The notes below the pieces were generated by a model. It was not told the origin of the DNA, searched no databases, and saw only the letters and a program-made list of their open reading frames with translations. The position numbers and the translations under genes are program-made. 8,095 bases of DNA from an archaeon. Lineage in GTDB: Archaea; EX4484-52; B79-G9. The stretch covers positions 1-8,095 of the forward strand of contig JBDRKP010000074.1 of assembly GCA_043813875.1 (NCBI GenBank), in the 5' to 3' direction. Positions 1 through 7,232 of the stretch are shown piece after piece (position 1 is the first letter of the stretch; every line of letters starts with the position of its first letter).

Positions 1-201
1 TTTTCTGATATAATTTGGGTTTGAGTGAGAAATTTTACCTGAAATTTTGTCGTAAAACGATTTGACACAAAATTTCTGCTCTGGTTCTGGGAGGAATTTT
101 ACAAAAAATACCCATTATCACGGAAATTTTTGGCAGACCCATATGACCGATAACTATATAAATACCCGCATACATATTTATGACATTCTGGAAAACTTGG
201 G

Positions 202-272
202 CTCGGATGGGTGGAAGTCAAATACTTCTTGTTTCGGGATTGCTCCCGAAAACAAACTTCCTCCCCACCGGG
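202..272. other. GC-rich extended stem-loop downstream of the peptidase (terminator, stabiliser or small ncRNA candidate)
   Basis: The inner hairpin is TTGTTTCGGGA-TTGC-TCCCGAAAACAA (229-255, one bulge). The outer irregular stem pairs 202-218 with 256-272. Confidence 0.5.
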
Positions 273-285
273 ACTTCTATTCATA

Positions 286-1383
286 TCATGACAGGACATC
301 AAACTCATACTTATTTAGCCGATCGATACCTTTACTTCCTAAAACAACAGTATCTTCAAGTCTTATGCCAAATTTCCCTTTAACGTAGATTGCAGGCTCA
401 AGTGTGAATACCATGTTCTTTTTCAGCACAAATGAGGTCTTGGATGAAAGTGTAGGATATTCATGCACTTCGAGCCCCACACCATGACCCAGGCCGTGAA
501 AGTTCGAGTAATTTGTATGTTTATGACCGTTTTTCTCTAAAAATGATTTTGCAAGAGCATCAACATCATCTGAGCTCATGCCCGGAACGATTTCGTTTTC
601 GAGCAGTTTGTGAACATCCACAAGATCTGAATATGCTTTTTTCATTTCCGGATCATTACTGAAAATAAAGGTTCTGGATATGTCAGAGTTATAGAAACTG
701 CTTTTTATGCCCATGTCTATCAATACGAGGTCCTTGAATTTTCTTGTGGTCGGAGTGCCATGGATGTATGATGAGCCTTCATCGCCTGCGACCAGTATTG
801 GGAAACTCCATTCTTTCCCGCAGCCTACTATGAGCTGTTTGATTCTTTCGGAAATCTGTTTTTCTGATTTATCCTCCAAACCTTCAGAGACAAGGTCATT
901 GAGAACCCGATCTGCCAGCAGGCATGCGTTTTTTATTTCCGTGATCTCGGCATCATCCTTTATCGCCCTTATCTGAGAAATCTCTTTGCTTATGTCGACC
1001 AGACGGCATTTCGGCAGTTTCTTTAAAAGCGCGGAATAATAATTATAATCTACATTTCCGTCAATCCCAATTGTCATCCCATGACCATTCATCTCTTTTA
1101 GGTAATCTGAGATTTTTTTAGCCTTCAGATCGACTATGTTCCGTATGTCGGTCGCGGTTTCAGCTTTGTCCTTTTCGAATGTAAAGAGCGTTTCGGCGGC
1201 TTTTGTCAGTAGAATGGATGTAGGCCAGACGTCATAGAAACCAGTAAAATAATACACGTTTGGAATCGTGCTGGACTCGGGAGTAGTTATAGAGGAAATC
1301 AGTATCGCGTCCAGCTCTTTTTCGAAAAGAACCTTTCTTAAGAGTTGCAGGCGTTTTTTGCTGTTCATTACATTCATAGTCAT
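286..1383 (-). CDS. Xaa-Pro aminopeptidase/prolidase, peptidase family M24B
   Basis: 365 aa ORF. It has a creatinase-N-like N-terminus (NVYYFTGF), the linker RAIKDDAEI, and pita-bread metal-ligand motifs LIDMG, YNSDISRT, FHGLGHGVGLEVHE, TLEPAIY and GIRLEDTV. The start could be any of Met1, Met3 or Met6. Confidence 0.95.
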   Translation of the reverse strand: MTMNVMNSKKRLQLLRKVLFEKELDAILISSITTPESSTIPNVYYFTGFYDVWPTSILLTKAAETLFTFEKDKAETATDIRNIVDLKAKKISDYLKEMNGHGMTIGIDGNVDYNYYSALLKKLPKCRLVDISKEISQIRAIKDDAEITEIKNACLLADRVLNDLVSEGLEDKSEKQISERIKQLIVGCGKEWSFPILVAGDEGSSYIHGTPTTRKFKDLVLIDMGIKSSFYNSDISRTFIFSNDPEMKKAYSDLVDVHKLLENEIVPGMSSDDVDALAKSFLEKNGHKHTNYSNFHGLGHGVGLEVHEYPTLSSKTSFVLKKNMVFTLEPAIYVKGKFGIRLEDTVVLGSKGIDRLNKYEFDVLS

Positions 1384-1496
1384 CAGGAGTTATCAGAATT
1401 ATAGGATTTTGTGCGCGCTTCTCTGGATAAAAATATGGAATTCCAAATTATTGTATTCACAGGATTAGAAACAAAATAATATATAATTATCTTAAA

Positions 1497-2870
1497 CTAT
1501 CCAGGGGTTGTAATTGTCGGCACAGGCATAACAGCCACGTTTATTCTCAAGCATCTCACCAGATTATCAAGCATCCTGCGGGCTTTCAGGATGTTTTTTT
1601 TGTCTTTTTTAATGTCTGAGCAGAGCAATTCATCGACACAGTAAATCAGCGGAATCTTTAGTTTCTTGCATGCGTTTTTCAGGGCAATAAAGCTTTCGGA
1701 TTCCGGCTTAAAATAAGCGAATACCTGCTCGTACTTGTGATGGGAAAGATATGTCTCAATGCGCTTCTCTGTTACTTTTATATACGTCTTTTTTATCTCG
1801 AGGGTCTCTTCCCATTCAGGCCAGTCATAGTGGGCGAACGGATACTTGGTTTCAAATTCGCGCGGGATTACGCCGGGATTCGATATCATGAGCTGGTGGA
1901 GGTTTGAGTAAAACGGCAACGCGGTCAGCCGTTTCAGCAACTCGTGATGGGTCTGTGATCTTGAGTATGGTTTGCGGTAAGAGCAGGGCAGAAAAAGAGC
2001 GTATTTCTTGATTTCCGGCTTTGTGTAAAAGCGCGCAAGATAGTCCTGCCATACATCATAGACGGGATTTTTTAGGTTGTCAATGGTGGCGCCTACAAGC
2101 GGTGGCTGGCTTTTGAAGCGAGGATAGGTTATGTAGTCTTCGAAGTAAATCTCGACTTTTTTGTTCTTGCGGTGTTTATTTACCAGTGATTCGAATCCGC
2201 GCCTGTCGATTGGGCGCCATTCGCCGTTCAGCCATAAGCTGAAGAGGGGCGCGTAGCCATATGCGAAGGTGTTGATAATCACGACGGAATCGCCATGCTG
2301 CTCTGCAAATCGGACCGAATCGGCGAGTGATTGGGATATATCGCCAATGTATGGCAGATTCGCCATGAGGTATGTTCTTACAAAAAAACCTTCTTTTTTG
2401 ATGAAGGCAACTGCGGCCAAATAATCGGATAGCTTGAATCCCTTGCATATTTTCGCGAGCACTTCATCGTCTGCAACTTCAAGACCCAGCGCAAAATGAA
2501 TCTTGAGTTTTTTGCCATTGCTGGCGTCTTTTATTACTTCCAGGTTTTTTTTGGTGATGTGGGTCGGCAGGCATTCGATCACGAGATCTTTTACGCCCAG
2601 CGCAATGCATTTTTTTATGAGATATTCCTGAAACTTCACCGGGATCTGCAATTCGTCGAGGAAGCTTCCCGAGTTTAAGTATTTCACGGTGTCGTACTGG
2701 CGGTTGAGTTTTGTATCAAGATCTTTTTTCAAGCGGTCAAAATCCGGTTTCGGGACATCCGGTTTCTTGCTGAAGCTACAGAAGATGCAGCGTCCCCAGG
2801 AACAGCGGCCTGATTCGACGACAATCACAAGTTCAGTCTTATTTGCACACATTTGTTCACACGAGTTCAT
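1497..2870 (-). CDS. RaSEA-like (TIGR01210-type) radical SAM domain fused to an ArcS-type (DUF5591) domain; putative archaeosine biosynthesis protein
   Basis: 457 aa. The N-terminal ~250 aa carry C23-SWGR-C28-IF-C31, YLNSGSFLDELQIP, IECLP, ALGLEVADD, ICKGF and LWLNGEWRP, in the order expected for RaSEA-family motifs. The C-terminal part has LFLPCSYRKPYSRSQTH (aa 295-308 match the ArcS signature PC-X3-KPY-X2-S-X2-H) and ISNPGVIPREFE..YPFAHYD. It is adjacent to tgtA. Confidence 0.85.
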   Translation of the reverse strand: MNSCEQMCANKTELVIVVESGRCSWGRCIFCSFSKKPDVPKPDFDRLKKDLDTKLNRQYDTVKYLNSGSFLDELQIPVKFQEYLIKKCIALGVKDLVIECLPTHITKKNLEVIKDASNGKKLKIHFALGLEVADDEVLAKICKGFKLSDYLAAVAFIKKEGFFVRTYLMANLPYIGDISQSLADSVRFAEQHGDSVVIINTFAYGYAPLFSLWLNGEWRPIDRRGFESLVNKHRKNKKVEIYFEDYITYPRFKSQPPLVGATIDNLKNPVYDVWQDYLARFYTKPEIKKYALFLPCSYRKPYSRSQTHHELLKRLTALPFYSNLHQLMISNPGVIPREFETKYPFAHYDWPEWEETLEIKKTYIKVTEKRIETYLSHHKYEQVFAYFKPESESFIALKNACKKLKIPLIYCVDELLCSDIKKDKKNILKARRMLDNLVRCLRINVAVMPVPTITTPG

Positions 2871-2880
2871 TAACCGAAAA

Positions 2881-3035
2881 TATAGTAAACGCCATAACTT
2901 TTTAGACTAATGGCGTTTCCATATCCTTAAAAATCTATGATTTTTAGGATCCTATGAATCGAAGATTCATAAGGATAGATTGACATCTCTTGGTTTTTGG
3001 CATAGTTTGTCCATTTATTAACGATGTCAACTATA
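2881..3035. repeat. Structured intergenic repeat (MITE-like), copy 1, with a 52-bp internal hairpin insert
   Basis: 2882-2924 matches 5913-5955 at 42/43 nt, and 3006-3035 matches 5985-6014 at 25/30 nt. The ends read TATAGT...ACTATA. Internal inverted repeats are 2887-2895/2910-2918 and 2980-2987/3023-3030. Confidence 0.8.
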
Positions 3036-3172
3036 GATATATAAATTAAAGTGTTGGGAAATATTGAATCTCTGGCCTAAAAATATATAGTGATAAGCAG
3101 AAGTCAACCCGAATTATGCTTTTCACACATAGGTTGCTCGCCGGTCGGTAAAAATAATCTTGAGAGCAACCA

Positions 3173-3180
3173 TATTTAAA
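3173..3180 (+). promoter_or_regulatory. Putative TATA box for tgtA
   Basis: TATTTAAA ends 22 nt before the tgtA ATG, a spacing typical of leaderless or short-leader archaeal transcripts. Confidence 0.35.
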
Positions 3181-3202
3181 GTTAGCTAGTGATTGTGATA
3201 TC

Positions 3203-4921
3203 ATGTTTGAAATCAGAACAAGGGATGCAGGCGGAAGAATTGGTAAGTGGAGTTTCGGCAAGAAGAAACATACGGTCAATACGCCTCAAATAGCGATTGT
3301 AATCAACCCTAATCAGCAGATCATACCTCCTATAGACCTCGAGAAGAAGTTCGGGGCAGAGCTTGTAATAACCAATGCATATATCGCAAAAAAATCAAGG
3401 TCTGCGGAAGAGATTCAAGAAAAAGGGCTACACAAGTACTTTAAATGGAAGGGACCGATCTATACTGACAGCGGTACATACCAGATGTTCTCCAAAGGGA
3501 ATGTGACGATAACACCACAAGAGACAATCGATTTCCAGAAGAAAATAGGGTCAGACATCATAACGCCGCTTGATCTTTTCACTGTGCCGCAGGATTCACG
3601 CGAGACTGCAGAAAAGAATCTTTTCGAGACGATTTCACGCATCAAGGGTGCGCGTGAAATTGTAAAAAATGAGCAGCTTGTCGGGCCTGTTCAGGGAGGA
3701 TCGTTTCCTGACCTACGCAAGAGAGCGGCTATGGAGGTATCAAAAATTGCGCCAGATATCTATGCTGTCGGAGGCATAGTACCATTGATGAACCAATACA
3801 GATTCCGGGAGCTCATGGACGTCATATTGACCGCCAAAATGAATCTCACGCCGGAAAAACCGATTCACGCGTTCGGCTGCGGGCACCCGATGATATTCTC
3901 ATTGCTTGTTGCGGTCGGCATTGATTTGTTTGACAGTGCAGCATATGCATTGTATGCCAAAGATAACAGATATATGACTGAGCGAGGCACAGAACAGGTG
4001 AGTGAACTTCACGAACTGCCTTGCGAGTGCCCGGTATGTTCAAAATACAAATCGACGGAACTTGATGAAAAGCTGCTTGCAGAGCATAATCTCTACCAGA
4101 CATTCAAAGAAATAAAAACAATCAAGCATGCAATACACGAAGGCACCTTGTGGGAGCTTGTCGAGCAGAGGATCAGGGCGCATCCGCATATGATCGAGGC
4201 ATATCGCCACATCAGGAAATATAACAAGTATCTTGAGACTGTCGAGCCGATCAGCAGAAAGAAAGCATATTTTGAGACTGGTATCGAGAGCAGGTATCGG
4301 CCGGAAGTATATCGCGTGAAGGAACGTGTAAAAGAGCTAAACGAAGATGAAACATTCGAGTGGCAAAAAATTAAAATACCGTGTGGACTGAAAAATGTCT
4401 ATCCAATCGGGCAATCATTGCTTGTAGAAGGCAAGGATACAGAAATAAAACCAGACCCGGAAACCATCGTAAAAACGACGCTCAAGTATCAATACGGCAA
4501 GGGCGCGGAGATTATGATTTCAAAAGACACACAAATAGTCCATTCTAAAAATACAGGGCGCATCAGAAGCATAACCAAAGGCAATACATTGCTCGGCACA
4601 CTGAGAGCCCATGACGGCCTGTTCATCCCAACGGCCGCAGGCGCTTCTGAACTCAGGAAGCACATAGGAAAACAGGCATACTGCGTCAAAATAACAACGG
4701 ATGCAATCCCGTTTGTGAAGGAAGGGTGCAGTGTCTTTTCAAAATTCGTGGCAGATGCGGATGAGAAGATAAGGCCCGGCGATGAAGTGTTTGTGACAGA
4801 TGACAGCGACAACCTGATAGCTACGGGAACAGCTCTCATGAACCGAAAAGAAATGTCATATTTTAAAGACGGGGTTGCTGTAAAGACAAGACACGTGAAG
4901 GAAGAATCATTGTTCACGTGA
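3203..4921 (+). CDS. tgtA: Archaeosine tRNA-guanine(15) transglycosylase (ArcTGT) with C-terminal PUA domain
   Basis: 572 aa. It starts MFEIRTRDAGGRIG and has ITNAYI, the catalytic YTDSGTYQ, PVQGG, VGGIVPLM, HAFGCGHP, DLFDSAAY, the Zn site PCECPVC...HNL and LWELVEQR. The C2 and PUA domains follow (SKNTGRIR; SVFSKFV...IRPGDEVFV...ATG...GVAVKTR). Confidence 0.96.
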   Translation: MFEIRTRDAGGRIGKWSFGKKKHTVNTPQIAIVINPNQQIIPPIDLEKKFGAELVITNAYIAKKSRSAEEIQEKGLHKYFKWKGPIYTDSGTYQMFSKGNVTITPQETIDFQKKIGSDIITPLDLFTVPQDSRETAEKNLFETISRIKGAREIVKNEQLVGPVQGGSFPDLRKRAAMEVSKIAPDIYAVGGIVPLMNQYRFRELMDVILTAKMNLTPEKPIHAFGCGHPMIFSLLVAVGIDLFDSAAYALYAKDNRYMTERGTEQVSELHELPCECPVCSKYKSTELDEKLLAEHNLYQTFKEIKTIKHAIHEGTLWELVEQRIRAHPHMIEAYRHIRKYNKYLETVEPISRKKAYFETGIESRYRPEVYRVKERVKELNEDETFEWQKIKIPCGLKNVYPIGQSLLVEGKDTEIKPDPETIVKTTLKYQYGKGAEIMISKDTQIVHSKNTGRIRSITKGNTLLGTLRAHDGLFIPTAAGASELRKHIGKQAYCVKITTDAIPFVKEGCSVFSKFVADADEKIRPGDEVFVTDDSDNLIATGTALMNRKEMSYFKDGVAVKTRHVKEESLFT

Positions 4922-5335
4922 ATCCAGAATCAAATGTTCTGCAATTATCTCTAAATCGCCTTCATATAATTTTACAGTACCTTCCAAGCACAAATGGATG
5001 CTGTTTTCGATGTATTCTTTTGAAATCAACTCGGCCTGATTATTGAAAATCACGACTTTAACCGACAAGCCATCTTTCAGATCAAAAAACAGAGTGCCTT
5101 TTGTGCTGACGTGTTTTTTATCTACAAGCCCGCAAACTTTAACATATTCGCCGACGTTGTCTTTTGTTATCTCACTTATTGGAGTGTAGGGCACAGAACT
5201 TGTCGCTTCCATGATGTATATTATAAGCAAGCCCATAAAGGACAGCATAAGACATATCTTTTTGATGACTCGTTCATCTATAGCAATTTTTTTAAGTTCA
5301 CGCAGATTCACGAAGTTTGTAAACAGCAATGTCAT
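4907..5335 (-). CDS. OB-fold nucleic-acid-binding domain protein with an N-terminal transmembrane helix
   Basis: Hydrophobic segment ICLMLSFMGLLIIYIM, followed by an OB-fold pattern: ISEIT...VGEYVKVCGLV, TLFFDLKDG, VKVVIF, CLEGTVKLYEGDLEIIAE. The start is uncertain because the ATG overlaps thpR by 38 nt. The 3' end overlaps the tgtA 3' end by 15 nt. Confidence 0.8.
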   Translation of the reverse strand: MTLLFTNFVNLRELKKIAIDERVIKKICLMLSFMGLLIIYIMEATSSVPYTPISEITKDNVGEYVKVCGLVDKKHVSTKGTLFFDLKDGLSVKVVIFNNQAELISKEYIENSIHLCLEGTVKLYEGDLEIIAEHLILDSREQ

Positions 5336-5858
5336 GATATACCGGACCTCCAGGTGAAAGTATACTTTCTTTTAGTTTTATCTCGTCAATCTCAAAATAG
5401 CCGGTCTTAAAATCCTTGTTTTTTTCTAGAATAGATAGGATAGCATGCTTATTTTTCGAATTCCTTACTCTTGCAATAGTCATATGGGCCATGAACGGTT
5501 TATCGGATTCATATATACCGTGCTTTCGAAGATTGAACTGAAGATCGTTTTGGAGTTTAGATAAGGCCCCATCATCAATAATCGCAACCCATAAAACCCT
5601 AATATAATCACTATTGGGGAATACGCCCAAATCTCCGAGGCGACATTTTGTGGGACCATGAAATCCAACTACTTTGGCTAATATGTCTTTTGTCTTTTCT
5701 ATCTTGGAGTTATCCATATCACCAAGAAATATAAGTGTGGAGTGAAGCTGTTTTGTATTAACGATATCCAGATTTTCGAATATCTTGAATTCATTCTGCA
5801 TGGCATGAATATGAGTTTTTATGTCTTTTGGAAGATCGACAGCAATAAAACAGCGCAT
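5298..5858 (-). CDS. thpR: RNA 2',3'-cyclic phosphodiesterase (2H phosphoesterase, LigT/ThpR family)
   Basis: 186 aa. It starts MRCFIAVDLP, has two HxT motifs (LHSTLIFLG, AHMTIARVR), GVFP...RVLWV and the C-terminal LKESILSPGGPVY. Confidence 0.95.
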   Translation of the reverse strand: MRCFIAVDLPKDIKTHIHAMQNEFKIFENLDIVNTKQLHSTLIFLGDMDNSKIEKTKDILAKVVGFHGPTKCRLGDLGVFPNSDYIRVLWVAIIDDGALSKLQNDLQFNLRKHGIYESDKPFMAHMTIARVRNSKNKHAILSILEKNKDFKTGYFEIDEIKLKESILSPGGPVYHDIAVYKLRESA

Positions 5859-5912
5859 ATTTCAATCAACTCACGGCAATAAGTATTTATTATTTCACAT
5901 GAATTACATATA

Positions 5913-6014
5913 ATAGTAAATGCCATAACTTTTTAGACTAATGGCGTTTCCATATAATTAATGTCTATCGGTTCATATGTCCTATTTGCCCATCTAGTAA
6001 CGACATCAACTATA
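5913..6014. repeat. Structured intergenic repeat (MITE-like), copy 2
   Basis: 102-nt direct-orientation homolog of 2882-3035 that lacks the 2925-2976 insert and keeps the same two stems. Confidence 0.8.
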
Positions 6015-6156
6015 AAGGCATCATAAAACTTATAAGGTTTCACGTCAGAAAAATCCGGCGTGAACAAAGAGCAAGGACAGAGCAGGGCATAGATTCAAGC
6101 ATTTCAAGATCATCCGCGGGCACAAGCAGGGAGTTCCAATTATCAAAAGTGATCCC

Positions 6157-7218
6157 ATGAATTCACATGAACTTAACGTATGGTACACGAAAATTGGATG
6201 GACGAAGAATCCGTTCATACTTGACATACAGCCGAGCCTGATGGTAGGCCACAAAAATGAAATTGACAGACTGTTAAAAAACATCAAGGAATCCCAGAAA
6301 TACATATTGATTCTTGGACCAACTGGTGCCGGAAAAACAACATTGTTGAAACATATTTCTGAAAAATATTCTCCGGTATACCTGCCAAAACCGCCAAAGC
6401 ACCATGATGAACTCGTAAGCATATTCAAGACCACCATCCTTAAGCCAACGATATTAGAAAAGATATTGAAAAATGAAAACATAACCATCTATAACCTCGC
6501 GGAAAAAACAAACCGAAAACATAAAGGCAAATCAATCCTCTTTCTAGTTGATGAAGCCCACGAGACAGATATCGGAGTACTTGAATGGCTAAGGACAATA
6601 ACAGACCAAATAGATGGAGCCACACTAATACTTGCAGGACTTCCCGTTTTTAAGGAGACCCACCTTGCTAAACTGGAGACATTGAAACAGAGGATCACAT
6701 TAGAAATTGAGCTTAGAACATTGAATAAAGATGAAACCATCGAACTAATAAGAAAAAGGATTGAGAGCGCAGGAGGACATAATCTTGATCCGTTCACTTA
6801 TGATACGATAAATGAGATATACAAAAAAACAGGAGGATTTCCACGAGAAGTAATAAAGCAGTGCAATCACCTGATTCATCAAGCGATTGAGCGAAACTCA
6901 CAAATAGTAGATTCAACATATTTTAAAGATAAAAATGAGATTGATACGATCATAGATGTAAAAGAGACATTGTCGACACTCACGGAAAAACAGGCAGAAA
7001 TTGTCGAGATACTTTCAAAAACAGATGGAATAACCCCCACGGAATTGCTAGGGAGGTTGAATATATCGGAATACAAGTCAAAAATGCATGCACTGAGGGC
7101 AGTAAACAACATCTTGAGGAGACTGGAAACAAGCAATATGGTGATACGTGAAAAGCGGGGGCGCGCATACAAATATATGGTCTCGGCAAAACTAAAAAAC
7201 GTGCTCATCAATGCATAA
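6157..7218 (+). CDS. AAA+ ATPase (ExeA/GspA-like) with a probable C-terminal winged-helix domain
   Basis: 353 aa. It has the N-terminal GWTKNPF, Walker A GPTGAGKT, Walker B LFLVDEAH, LILAG, LKQRI and GGFPREV. The C-terminus LTEKQAEIVEIL...ITPTEL...NNILRRLE...VIREKRGRAYKY resembles a wHTH. Confidence 0.85.
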   Translation: MNSHELNVWYTKIGWTKNPFILDIQPSLMVGHKNEIDRLLKNIKESQKYILILGPTGAGKTTLLKHISEKYSPVYLPKPPKHHDELVSIFKTTILKPTILEKILKNENITIYNLAEKTNRKHKGKSILFLVDEAHETDIGVLEWLRTITDQIDGATLILAGLPVFKETHLAKLETLKQRITLEIELRTLNKDETIELIRKRIESAGGHNLDPFTYDTINEIYKKTGGFPREVIKQCNHLIHQAIERNSQIVDSTYFKDKNEIDTIIDVKETLSTLTEKQAEIVEILSKTDGITPTELLGRLNISEYKSKMHALRAVNNILRRLETSNMVIREKRGRAYKYMVSAKLKNVLINA

Positions 7219-7232
7219 CGGGGCGAGGATAA

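Noticed and set aside
160..277. RNase P RNA on the minus strand (GGGGAGGAAGTT resembles the archaeal P4 5' motif)
   Set aside because: The following P4 residues and the complementary 3' strand are not found, and the available space is too short.
199..277. tRNA gene (starts GGGCTCG like some archaeal tRNAs)
   Set aside because: There is no GTTCRA T-loop, no D-arm consensus and no 7-nt anticodon loop.
62..388. Short ORFs 62-388(+), 99-308(-) and 180-383(+)
   Set aside because: They have no recognisable motifs, overlap the peptidase 3' end and run through non-coding stem-loops.
2881..3035. CRISPR array
   Set aside because: There are no regularly spaced direct repeats with unique spacers; the two homologous copies are 3 kb apart and no cas genes are present.
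3203..4921. Bacterial queuine TGT or ArcS as the identity of this gene
   Set aside because: The GGIVPLM and FDSAAY motifs, intact catalytic Asp motifs and a PUA domain fit ArcTGT, and the ArcS PC-X3-KPY motif is absent from this ORF.
6157..7218. Calling the ATPase Orc1/Cdc6 and the repeats ORB origin elements
   Set aside because: The motifs look ExeA-like rather than Cdc6-like, and the repeats lack the ORB consensus and G-string.
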